Positions 42,522-54,732 of a stretch of DNA of 64,000 nt are shown here, piece after piece. Made by a program: the position numbers and the translations under genes. The DNA comes from Eledone cirrhosa (lineage: Eukaryota), in NCBI GenBank assembly GCA_964016885.1, contig OZ024740.1, positions 324,880,001 through 324,944,000 on the forward strand. The letters run 5' to 3'. Positions within the stretch are counted from its first letter, which is position 1, and every line of letters starts with the position of its first letter. The notes under the pieces are model-generated. The model worked only from the letters and a program-made list of their open reading frames with translations. It made no database searches and was not told where the DNA came from.

Positions 42522-42712
42522 TCCCGGATTCAATTGGTGGTAACCACAGCAAGTAAGGTACTCATTAAATAGCAGAGTATAAATATGTAATATAGAAATG
42601 TCTTCTACAGGACTAGAACTGTTTTATTCGAAGGAAATCACCAGGGCTTTCATAGGGATTGCCTTCGAATGAAACAGTTCTAGTCCTGTAGGAGCCATTT
42701 CTATATTATATA
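42522..42712 (-). mobile_element. Fold-back mini-element, family B
   Basis: aatatagaaatgtcttctacaggactagaactgttttattcgaagg pairs with ccttcgaatgaaacagttctagtcctgtaggagccatttctatatt. It is homologous to 24982-25135. Confidence 0.8.
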
Positions 42713-42714
42713 TA

Positions 42715-43301
42715 TCTTTAGATATATAAAAGCGAGGATGTGTGTGTTTCTGTGTACAACTTTACATGCAGGCTTTCATGCAGGCTTTCACAATTACCAT
42801 TCAGGCTTTCACAATTACCAACTGAATTTGACCAAATTTTCTGTGCACATTGCACACGTCGCTAAGATTGTCACATCACAAACATTTTTCAAATCTACCC
42901 ACGTTGAGCAATAAAATATCGATATTAAAATTATCAGTAGAAAAATTGATGTAAGGGAGATAACAAACATTATTGACAATCCTTATAAAAAAGGGAGATA
43001 ACAAACTTTTCAGAAATTGGTTTACCTCCAAATACATTGGTTCTGAAAGAGGGAACACCAGTTATTTTGCTGAGAAATATCACTCCTCCAAACTATGCAA
43101 TAGTACACGCCTTGTGGTTAAAAAACTATCTCCACTTAGTATTGACGCTACCATTCTATCCGGATGTGTCGTTTGCATTAATTATTGAAGACTTCTGCTT
43201 ATTTTGACAGGTTGGGGACAAATAATGTTCTTCTTTTATTTCCTAGCTGTATATTGTTAGCATAATTTCAAACCCCGAGCAACGCCGGGTAAATCTGCTA
43301 G
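42715..43301 (+). mobile_element. Non-autonomous Helitron
   Basis: 5' TC...tatataaaag end, subterminal GC hairpin cccgagcaacgccggg, and 3' CTAG, inserted between A and T. Confidence 0.75.
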
Positions 43302-43334
<33 letters not shown>

Positions 43335-43862
43335 AAAATAAAGTTAAATAAAAGTCAAATGATTAAAATTTAGCTTCGTTTATTACTGCTATATATATTT
43401 CAGTGACAGCCATCTTTGGCTGTGACCTCTTCAGGCAGTTTGAATTAGTATGGTATAGACAAGTACATATGTTGTTTAGGTGTATGATATTGTCAATACT
43501 CTGATATGCCCAGTTCCTTGTTGGGTTGTTAATTCACTGGGGAACTGGAGTCAGTTCCCCAGTGAATTAACAACCCAACAAGGAACTGGGCATATCAGAG
43601 TATTGACAATATCATACACCTAAACAACATATGTACTTGTCTATACCATACTAATTCAAACTGCCTGAAGAGGTCACAGCCAAAGATGGCTGTCACTGAA
43701 ATATATATAGCAGTAATAAACGAAGATAAATTTTAATCATTTGACTTTTATTTAACTTTATTTTACACTACTCCGGAGTAACCAAACCAACCTGCGCACT
43801 TCGTCGAGTGCTCCAGCCTGCATACTGAGGTGTTGGTATACAACCAACATAAACTCAAAATC
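43335..43862 (+). mobile_element. Fold-back PLE-like mini-element with about 213-bp arms (43335-43547 / 43552-43764) plus a unique tail
   Basis: Essentially perfect inverted repeat (one mismatch seen) with a 4-nt loop and (TA)n on both sides. Confidence 0.93.
43660..43714 (+). ncRNA. Type-I hammerhead ribozyme (mirror copy at 43385-43439, minus strand)
   Basis: Reads actgc-CTGAAGA-ggtcacagcca aaga tggctgtcact-GAAA-tatata-TA-gcagt. Stem I is a perfect 5 bp and stem III is palindromic. Confidence 0.88.
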
Positions 43863-43884
43863 TATATATATATATATATATATA

Positions 43885-44116
43885 TTAGAAAGTGAGGTTT
43901 TTTTTACAAAATGAAAAATAACCGAGGTGTCCTACACGACTGAAAGAATAAAGAAAAAAAGATGAAATCGAAAATGCAACTGGAGTCTTATTTTTTTAAA
44001 AATATATATATATATATATAAAGGAACCAAATATATATAAAGGAACTAAATAAATATATATATTTTTTTTAAAATAAGACTCCAGTTGCATTTTCGATTT
44101 CGTCTTTTTTTCTTTA
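43885..44116. mobile_element. Palindromic mini-element, family C (second copy at 52139-52316)
   Basis: aaagaaaaaaagatgaaatcgaaaatgcaactggagtcttattt is inverted around a TA-rich centre. Both copies share the same unique left part. Confidence 0.85.
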
Positions 44117-44147
44117 TATATATATATAGATATATATACATATATAC

Positions 44148-44234
<87 letters not shown>

Positions 44235-44610
44235 TACATATATATACATATATATACATATATATGTATATATATATACATATATACATATATATACATA
44301 TATATACATATATATGTATATATATATACATATATACATATATATACATATATATACATATATATACATATATACATATATATATATGTATATATATATA
44401 CTGCCAAGACTGGAATTGAACCATCAGCACAGTTGAGATATGTCAGACATCAATTTATTTTATCTGATGAGCATTATAAACCGAGCATTATAATAAATGT
44501 TCGGTAAACCCATACGTACATATATATATATATGTGCATGTATGTATATATATACATATTACTGTACGTCTGGATACATATATGTATGTACATATACATA
44601 CTTATATTTA

Positions 44611-44655
<45 letters not shown>

Positions 44656-44755
44656 GTTTATATATACATAAATATATACATAAATATGTATATATATACA
44701 TATATATACATATATATATACATATATACATATATGTATTTATGTATATATATAT

Positions 44756-44786
<31 letters not shown>

Positions 44787-45280
44787 CACACATATATATA
44801 TATATATATATATGTAAAGAATTAGTATATCTACCAACATATATATACAGATGCATACCTATGCTAGCAAATATATAGGTTTGTCTTAGTAACTTTGTGG
44901 TTCAATGCAAGGGGATGCAGAACAATTATATGAAAGACGTAAAATAAGAAAATTATAAAAATTAACTTACTAAAATTTCACTCCAACTAATTAGTTGAGC
45001 AAAAATTTCACTCCAACTATTTTGTTGAGCAAAAATTTGCCAAAACTGCTACTATAGTTCATATTAATAGCTCGGCCACTGTCTTTTTAACACCCTACTC
45101 CTCACTGATTAACCTCGATGTCACGTGATTGATTCTTTTGAATTTGCCACCGACCAAGTAGGCAGTTATTTTTTCAATGTCTTGGAATTTAGTCCACGCT
45201 TGCTTTTTTCCAACCACTGAATTATTTTTGTATAAGTTCCCTGTGTCCACGCATCGCCTGGTAACTTAACTGAGAACGAG

Positions 45281-45360
45281 CTTCCTGATGACGAAAGGTT
45301 TCTCCTTGCGTTCCATTCGGAAACCATGTTTATTCCCTTTCAGAAACTAATTAGTTGGAG
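45281..45360 (+). ncRNA. Type-I hammerhead motif in element 44927-45414
   Basis: Reads cttc-CTGATGA-c-gaaagg...cctttc-a-GAAA-ctaattag-TT-ggag, with palindromic stem III. Segment 44927-44996 is an inverted copy of 45345-45414. Confidence 0.75.
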
Positions 45361-45405
45361 TGAAATTTTAGTAAGTTAATTTTTCTAATTTTCTTATTTT
45401 ACGTC

Positions 45406-45452
<47 letters not shown>

Positions 45453-45608
45453 AGTCTGTGTTTATGTTTGAATGTGTGTATGTGTGAGTTTGTGCGTTTC
45501 TGCCTGCATGTAAATATTATCGTCAGACCTTATGGACTTATATGTGATCATAAATGAACGAGCTACTACCAGCATGTGTGTGTGCATGTGTGTATGTGTG
45601 TGCATGTA

Positions 45609-45647
<39 letters not shown>

Positions 45648-46119
45648 GTGTCTATGTGTGTGAGTATGTATGTATATATGTGTATATGTCTGTATATATG
45701 TGGGTGAGGGTGTGGGTGTATTTGTGTGTATGTGAATATATATATATATATGTATGTGTGTATGTGTGTATGTGTGTATATATATATATGTGTGTGTATG
45801 TGTGCATGTGTGTGAGAGTTGGTGTGTATCTGTGTCTATTTATGCTTGCCTACTTGTATGTGAATATCTGGGTTTTTTTTTACTCAATATAATGGATTAT
45901 GATTTCGATGATGTAGGAAGTAATTGATTGACACAAGAACTGTATTATAAGGTCTGCAGACTTGAGAAAATTGTAAGGAGGAAGAAGAGAGAAAAAAACC
46001 CCAAAGAAACAAAGAGAAAACTAAACCACTATCGATATATGTATATATATATATATATATATAATATAAGTATATATATATATAATATAAGTATATATAT
46101 ATATATATATATAATATAA

Positions 46120-46171
<52 letters not shown>

Positions 46172-46174
46172 AAT

Positions 46175-46206
<32 letters not shown>

Positions 46207-46207
46207 G

Positions 46208-46295
<88 letters not shown>

Positions 46296-46799
46296 CATAT
46301 ATAACATTATATATATTTATATATATTATGTATATAGTTATAAGTGAATAATGATTGTATAATGATCGATACTACAATCAAACAGTGGAATTAGTCACTT
46401 ATCTATGTAACTTGTAACTATTTGGAAACTATATCAAGAATCGATAAAGAAAAATCAAAAACGTCTAAAACGGTAACAGAAACAAAATCAATAAGACAAT
46501 AATACAAAAACTGATAAAAACACATATATGTACACACATATATATATACGCATATATATATATATACATCTATATATAATTTATGTATGTATGTATGTAT
46601 GTATGTATGTATGTATGTATGTATGTATGTATGTATGTATGTATGTATGTATGTATGTATGTATGTATGTATGTATACATAAATATACATACTTACATAC
46701 ATACGTACATACATACATATATAAATTGAACAAAAGTAAAAATGAAACTAAAAGTGAAAAGAATTTACAAAATGAGAATAAATAAGGAATAAAAGAATG

Positions 46800-46951
46800 A
46801 TTAAATAACAGATAGAATGAAAGAATGAACGAATGAAAGATCGAAGGAATGATGAAGGAAATAGAGAGCGAGAGTGAGAGAGGGAGAAGGGGAGAGAAAG
46901 AGAGAGGGGCTAAGAGAGAGGGAGAGATAAAAGATAGAGAGAGAGAGGAAG

Positions 46952-46986
<35 letters not shown>

Positions 46987-47643
46987 GTGAGAGGGAAAGA
47001 GAGAGAGAGAGAGATAGAGGTAGAGAGAGGGAGAGAGTGAAAGAGGTAGAGAGAGAAAGAGAGAGAGAGTGAGAGAGTGAAAGAGAGAGAAAGGATATGT
47101 AAAAGGAAATAATGTTTGTTTCCTCTGAACATTTGCAGACAGAAGATTGGCGTGATCTTGCATGAGAATCCTTTACAAAACGATATCAGGAAATACTTCA
47201 AGTAGATGCTTCCGGTACAATGATGTGATCGTGCCCTGCCGTGTATTTTATAGATTAACAATGGCGGAGTGGTGGAGCGGCGGAGCCGTGGAGCGTCGTA
47301 GCGGTAGGAAGAGATAAAGGCGGACGTGTGAGGGATAAAGAAATTGGAGCAACAGCGATAGAAAGAGAGGGGGGTTGGGAGGGAATGAGAGAGAGAAAGG
47401 GAAAGAGAGGAAAGAAAGAGAGAGAGGGGGGGGGATAAATAGATAGATAGTAATGGAGAACGATTGAGGTAAAAAATAAAAGTAAACGAGATTAAAGAGA
47501 TGAAAAGACAGAGGTAAGAACTCTCTCTCTCTCTCTCTCGCCCCTCTCTCTTTCTATCTGTACACACACACACACACTTATATATATATATACATATATA
47601 TATATATACATATATATAAATATTTAAATATTTAAATATACAG

Positions 47644-47710
<67 letters not shown>

Positions 47711-48218
47711 GGAGCGAGGACAGAGAGAGAGAGATATTTCTTTATTTACCATAAAGGCATTGACAGAGAGAGAGATAGGTAGATAGACAGAATAGATAGA
47801 TAGTTAGAGTGAGAGAAAGTAATGGAGAGTGATTGAGATAAATAACAAAAGAAGAAAGACGACAGAGAGGGTGGGGGAGGCATAAAGAGGCTAAGTGCTT
47901 GGAAAATACATAGAAGGAACAGGACGAGTCCCCCACCCTAAAATCTAAACATGAGATATTGGAATTAAGGGACCAGCGATTGGTGATTGGTTTGGTTTGT
48001 AGTCTGTTAAGTGAGAGACTATTGTGTGAGATTACCTTATGAATTGGGATGGCGATTGAGAGGAGGGAAAGTGAGGTACAGAGATAGATAGAGATGTAGA
48101 AAGAGATGGGAGATATATATATAGATATGGATAGCTAAAGAGAGGGGGAGGAGAGAGAGAAAGGGAGAAAGAGGAGAGGGTGAGAGGGTTCGATGGATAA
48201 ATATAGAGAAAGATAGTG

Positions 48219-48290
<72 letters not shown>

Positions 48291-48427
48291 CAGAGATAGA
48301 AAGAGAGTATGTGAGAGAGTGAAAGTGAGATAGAGAGAGGGATATATATATATACAGAGAGAGAGAGAGAGAGTTAGAGTTAGAGAAAGACAGAGAGAGA
48401 GAGAAAGAAAGAAAATGACAGAGATAG

Positions 48428-48490
<63 letters not shown>

Positions 48491-48571
48491 AAGAGAGTTA
48501 GAGAAAGACAGAGAGAGAGAAAGACAGAGAGAGAGAAAGACAGAGAGAGAGAAAGAAAGAAAATGACAGAG

Positions 48572-48635
<64 letters not shown>

Positions 48636-48641
48636 GGAGTT

Positions 48642-48672
<31 letters not shown>

Positions 48673-48790
48673 AAGAGAGAAAATGACAGAGATAGAGATA
48701 GATAGAGAGAGAGAGAGAGAGTCAGAGATAGATAGAGGGTGAGATAGAGATAGATAGATAGATATAGATAGATAGAGAGAGAGACATTTC
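46800..48790. repeat. About 2-kb purine-rich (GA)n/(GATA)n/(GACA)n region
   Basis: Direct inspection. Confidence 0.9.
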
Positions 48791-49152
48791 AAGACCATTC
48801 CTCTCCAGAAACACTTCAATGGTTATATGTAAATCAATGAGAGTATAAAAGCAAACCTGAGATGGAACATGTTTAAATTCCCATTACCCAGTAATCTGTG
48901 ACGGTGGACACCTGGTGTTTAAACACACACACTTACATACACATACACACACATACATTTACATACACAGACACACGCACATAATTATACATACACAGAC
49001 TAAGACATAGACACACAGACATGCACATACATACTCACACACATACACATATATCAAGAAGGTGGCAGTCACTTCGAAGCTCCGGTTTCTCTCTTCAAAA
49101 TATATCGTATCTACGAAGACATTGTTCCATCTAATTCCTAAATATATATATA

Positions 49153-49500
49153 CTAGCTGACGTACCCAACTTCGCCCGGGTAAACAGATGATAAGAGAAG
49201 ACAGGTAGAAGAGAAAATGACTGTATTGGATGTTTGTCTGGTTACAGTATGAGGCGAGTCTCTGGTGTCTGTGTGATACAGAAAACAGTAAAACAAAATC
49301 TTCCAGATATACCAGATTCTTCGTTGTACCGTTTGTGCATAGTATATGAACAATTCTAGGTGCTCCAACCTAGAATAGTGACCGCTAGGAGATGGTTCAT
49401 CTTCTGTCTGACTGTAAAACGTATATCATTGCATAGACGTGGCTGTTCCACGTTTCTCAAAAGGATGATGGAAGTTCCAATCTTTTATATTATATGTAGA
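49153..49500 (-). mobile_element. Helitron-derived element, 3' terminus at about 49153
   Basis: The minus strand ends cccgggcgaagttgggtacgtcagCTAG|T (subterminal hairpin plus CTAG). A TC..atataaaag-like start lies near 49500. Confidence 0.7.
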
Positions 49501-49521
49501 TATAGATATAGATAATTTATA

Positions 49522-49745
49522 TAAAAGATGATGCTCAGCCAGTTCGTCTTCAACCATCGAAGCACGCCGTCACTGCTTGGCTCCAGTGTTTCGTTGGCGT
49601 TGTTCAACCAGCTCCTCTTCATTCATGGCGGCACGTCTTCGCCTCTGAAGTTCGGCGTTCCGATGGCGCTGTTCGGCCTGTTGTTCTTCATTCCTGGCTG
49701 CACGACGTCGCCGCTGTTGTTCACTGTTTGATAAAGTCGAATCGC
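49522..49745 (-). pseudogene. 23-aa Arg/Glu/Gln repeat remnant (STPR-like, as in Helitron RepHel N-termini)
   Basis: QRRRRAARNEEQQAEQRHRNAEL / QRRRRAAMNEEELVEQRQRNTGA / KQ*RRASMVEDELAEH, adjacent to a Helitron end. Confidence 0.55.
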
Positions 49746-50168
49746 TTTTACTTTCTGTGGAACGCTGCACGCACGCACACACACATAAATATACGCGCAC
49801 GCACACACACATAAACATACGCGCACGTACATATACACGCACACATGGTAATAGTTACAGCGTTCACTTAGCCCCTCTGTTTCTTACTCTCCCCTCTCAC
49901 TCCCTCATTGGCATTATTCATATTAAGTTTGGCGTCGTTGAGGTGGGCGGAGTCGTTTGAAACCTATGAACCAATGATAATCGAGAATTATGACACACGG
50001 AATAATGACATTGTTGAAATTAATATATAGATATATATATACTAGTGTATATATATATACTAGTGTATATGAAGACATATATGATATGTCTATGTATAAT
50101 ACACACACAAGATATCACTATAAATATCTTATAACTATCTGTGATCATGATCACAGCTATCTTTGTAT

Positions 50169-50246
<78 letters not shown>

Positions 50247-50752
50247 AGGACGTTGCCCCAGCATGGCCTCAGAACAGGTAAAAGAGTAGAGTAAATATGT
50301 GTGTATGTGTTTTGGTAGTCTACGCTACTGGGTGTGGGCAAACCACAAATTAAAGAAGTACTCAATATATGGTAAGATGCAGAGTGGGGATATAAGTGGA
50401 AGTAGAGGATCTACCGCGAGCTCGGTGGTAGATCTTCCATTTCCACTAATATATATATGGTATAAATGGAAGTTGGAGCAGGTACCAATCGTATTGTTTG
50501 AGGAGATTTCAAACCAAAAAGTTGAAAGATCTTTCGTCCAGAGTAAACACAAAGTTAAGAAAGTGTGACATCATGAATAAAACAACTAAGTCTATATTCC
50601 CATAGTTTATAACCACAACTACGATAAATACAAACAGGTTGGGGTCTAATATACAAAGGAACAGGTGAAGGCTTCAAGAACATCATCTTTGTCCGTTCCC
50701 TTGTTGTTTTAATATGGATTGCCTCGAGAACGTAACCTTATCATGTAAGAAT

Positions 50753-50828
50753 CTGTCTGATGATGAGATCATGGCACTGGTTAGGCGGAACCGCGTGGCC
50801 ACTGTCATCATTGAAATATGTATCACAG
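50753..50828 (+). ncRNA. Type-I hammerhead motif
   Basis: Reads ctgt-CTGATGA-tgagatcatggcactggtt...aacc..gtggccactgtcatcatt-GAAA-tatgta-TC-acag, with a 4-bp stem I and an AUC site. Confidence 0.75.
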
Positions 50829-50895
50829 CCTTATCAATAGAGGACTTTAACATACTTCGCACGTTCTTATTCTCCCCCCCCCCTCTCACACACAC

Positions 50896-50942
<47 letters not shown>

Positions 50943-50952
50943 TCTCATTCTT

Positions 50953-50989
50953 TCTTCTGATGAAGGACTAGCGTCCGAAACGTTTAAGA
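50953..50989 (+). ncRNA. Minimal hammerhead core
   Basis: Reads tctt-CTGATGA-a-ggac tagc gtcc-GAAA-cgttt-aaga. Stem II is perfect, but the stem III and cleavage register are ambiguous. Confidence 0.6.
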
Positions 50990-51070
50990 CCCTCTTCCTG
51001 CTATATCAAGCGTTAACCTAATATATACCTTCCATATACTGTACCGATTGTGTTGTTATTTCTGTTTACC

Positions 51071-51173
<103 letters not shown>

Positions 51174-51359
51174 ATTATATTGTATTATATATATAAGAAA
51201 AAGCGGGAACGAAGTATCAATGTGACATACGTGACGCTTATTTCGCAAACGATTGGCTCAACTTACGATTGATAATGAACGATCCTGAATCTGGAATCGA
51301 TAGATCATTACATTTATAGATTCTCGAACGAATGGAATTATCTCTGCCACACAGTTATA

Positions 51360-51561
51360 TACGAAGTTCGGCAGAAAGGTTCATAGGCTGACTATAAAGG
51401 ATTGATGCTAGAGGTTTGAAGTCTTGCATGCAATAATTTCAACTCTTCTTATTAATAGCTACATTGTTTCTTTCCAGAGACTATATTGAAAAATAAACCT
51501 AATTTGGTCATTCCATGGGAGTATTTTGGTCAGTCTATGAACTTTTTATACTACCCTCGTA
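51360..51561. mobile_element. Tc1/mariner-type MITE (about 200 bp)
   Basis: tacga...aggttcataggctgac and gtcagtctatgaacttt...tcgta form terminal inverted repeats with TA ends. Confidence 0.75.
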
Positions 51562-52071
51562 TACGTATAAAGCATTGCCAACTGAGAATCTGTTGTAGTA
51601 TCAGTACAATACCTCACTGGGATTTTTTTTGCCACAAATCTGCAATTTAAAGCATGACCTGCTTCATATTCTTAGTAAAACCGGAATCATTTCGCATATT
51701 TCCTTGATAATTTCACTAAGTAAATGATTACATATGACAATGAATGATTACATCTTATTATGGCTGAATAGTGAGTTTTGTTCTTCTTAACTAGTAAACG
51801 TGTGCCTGTGAAACATATACACTAGGTCCGAACACAGAGGAACCAAACTCCCACTATCACTGCCTCCGTCACTCCCACTCTTCCTATCTCTTACTTTTAT
51901 CAACAATTGGAGGCCACCCCACAGCCCCGGTCGACTGGCGGTGGGATTGTAATCACTAAAAACCTTGAAGTAACACCAGTAATATCAGCAAGAATTGGGG
52001 GGAGCTCTGAGTACCTATGGAGATATATACGAGTTTGTCATCTGTTTTATACAACATTGTAAAATAACTTG

Positions 52072-52138
<67 letters not shown>

Positions 52139-52145
<7 letters not shown>

Positions 52146-52316
52146 GTGAGGTTTTTTTTACAAAATGAAAAATAACCGAGGTGTCCTACACGGGTGAAAG
52201 TATAAAGAAAAAAAGATGAAATCGAAAATGCAACTGGAGTCTTATTTAAAAAAATATATATATATTTTTTTAAATAAGACTCCAGTTGCATTTTCGATTT
52301 CATGTTTTTTTCTTTA
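52139..52316. mobile_element. Palindromic mini-element, family C
   Basis: Near-identical to 43885-44116, with a shorter TA centre. Confidence 0.85.
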
Positions 52317-52530
52317 TATATATATATATAATTCTTTTTTCTTAAGTTTATTTATTTTTTTTTTTTAGGAAGTTTTAATATATTCAAGTTTCTATAGATT
52401 TTGCCGTCTGAAGAGCTCAGGCTGTCCTAATTGATACTCCACAGTGAAATGTGTATAACAGAGTTTTAAATCTTGTGTATATGTCTTGCAAAACGTCGGT
52501 CAAGTGGGAATTGGGGCGGAAATAGTTATC

Positions 52531-52590
<60 letters not shown>

Positions 52591-52762
52591 TGTGTGTGTG
52601 TGTGTATGCGTGTATGTGTGTGTGTCGGAGAAAGAGTAATGATGATGCTTTGTTACGCTTTAACAAAACCTAGTTGAAAGAGATAGTAAATATATGTGGA
52701 GGGAGGGTTGATTTTTTTTTATATTCCCCAGATCATTATGCAGTGGATATATACATACATAC

Positions 52763-52825
<63 letters not shown>

Positions 52826-52925
52826 GGAGGTGAGTTTTATTGTAGCACAATAAAGCAATGCAAATATCGGATAAGTAGCACTCCACAGTTTATAGGACTG
52901 GAGAATAAATAATATAAATAATATA

Positions 52926-53252
52926 TATTTTGGTTGCACTTCCTCTTCCTTTAAAGCAAGATTTTATAATCACAATTCGTCTTTTAAATACAAACTCAAA
53001 AGAACTAACACGGCACTCTCAGAACTCATATGGTCCTTAAAAGACAAAAATATTAACTACAACATCTCTTGGGGGAAGGTTTGCAACGCCTCTCCTTACC
53101 AGAATTCCTCCCTATCCAGAACATGTAATCTCTGCCTAGCCGAGAAATTTAGCATTATCTCTAATTTTAATTCTATAATAAATAGACGTACGGATTTATT
53201 TTCGCTCTGCTTGCATAAATCCCATAGAACTTTCCATAAAGTATACAGCTAA
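52926..53252 (+). pseudogene. C-terminal GIY-YIG fragment of a 5'-truncated PLE (absent from the ORF track)
   Basis: Open frame YFGCTSSSFKARFYNHNSSF...TALSELIWSLKD...SWGKV...CNLCLAEK...INRRTDLFSLCLH..*, homologous to the endonuclease at 2425-2760. Confidence 0.88.
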
Positions 53253-53506
53253 TATCTCAATACCTAATTAGTTTAAAATCTTCTTTTCTCAAACGCTTTT
53301 ATATCTTTTACAAATATACCCATCATTCTACCTTATTTCAGTATATTATATTATACAATTTACTCATTCTATGTCGTTAGCGGTCACCTATTTTTCTTCT
53401 TTTTTATCCTTTTTCCTTTCTTCCTTTTTTCTTTTTTAATTTCTAATCTTTAATCTGTAACTTTTACTTCTCAATTACTTCTTAATTCATATTATTACTC
53501 ACTATA

Positions 53507-53692
53507 GCGGTGGATTGGCAGTATCAGTAGAGGGTCGGACGCCATGCTTTCCAGCATAATTACGTCCCTTTACGATCTGAGTTCAAATCCCGCCGAGGTT
53601 GACTTTGCCTTTCATCCTTACGGGGTCGATAAAATAAAGTACCAGTAATGCACTGGGTAATTGCTGGCCTTGTGCCTAAAGTAGAAACAATT
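53507..53692 (+). mobile_element. S1 SINE with target-site duplication
   Basis: attattactcactatagc flanks both sides (53491-53508 and 53690-53707). Confidence 0.92.
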
Positions 53693-54202
53693 ATTACTCA
53701 CTATAGCATTTTACTTATATTCTTGACCATACAAACTATATTTTTAATATATACTAATATTACCATTAGTAAATTTTGTAAACATATATATTTTTTTTGA
53801 CGTTATATTTTTTCTACCTTAAATTTTCTTCTTTCTTCTCTCCTTCCGTGCTCGTATTAAACCTATTATTTTCTTTTTCATATTACAATACATAAAAACA
53901 AACTTAAACCCTAACTAATTCCTCTAAGTTCATAATTCATTTAATCTCTTCTTCATTCACCTTATATCCTTAATATTTTAATTTTAATAATACATCTTAA
54001 TAAATTCCTTTTCGCACATATTATTAAACCCTTCAATATATAAATCTTAAATAAATGCTATTCTTAATTCCTTTTTCTTTAATCATAAAAACCACCATTC
54101 ATAAACCTCATTAACTTTTAATTTCAAAATTTTTTAAAATTATGTATTATCTTACAACGGTTTTTTTTATTTTCTCTGAGACAATGTTTCTCAGTATTAA
54201 AG

Positions 54203-54302
<100 letters not shown>

Positions 54303-54499
54303 CTCCTCCTCTCTCATCCTTCCTTCTTATACTCCTCCCCCGCGATCCTTTATTTTCATTTTTCCTCTTCCTTACCTTTTCCTTCCCCCCCTCCTTCTTT
54401 TTTTCCCAATCTCATATATCCATCTTACTTTATTTTTCATATGTTGATTTAACACTTCACTGCTCGCAAGTGTTTTTTAGGCTTCATATCATGTCTCCC

Positions 54500-54570
54500 T
54501 ATTTTATCTGATGAGAACGCAAATATCATCCCATGATGATATTTGTTTTTGGAATGCGCATAATAAAATA
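54500..54570 (+). ncRNA. Hammerhead motif in the 3' pLTR of the 52.9-54.6 kb PLE (core mutated GAAA>GGAA)
   Basis: Reads tattttat-CTGATGA-gaac-gcaaatatcatc ccat gatgatatttgt-tttt-GGAA-tgcgca-TA-ataaaata, with an 8-bp stem I, a 12-bp stem II and palindromic stem III. Confidence 0.82.
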
Positions 54571-54605
54571 CATGGAACTCTTTTAACCATCTTTTGATCT
54601 TATAT

Positions 54606-54661
<56 letters not shown>

Positions 54662-54732
54662 CACACACACACAGACACACACACATATATATATATACAT
54701 ATATATGCATATATATATATATATATGATAGG

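Noticed and set aside
52404-52461. CTGAAGA...GAAA-tgtgta-TA-acag
   Set aside because: Stem I has a mismatch and stem II does not start next to the core, so it is too degenerate to count.
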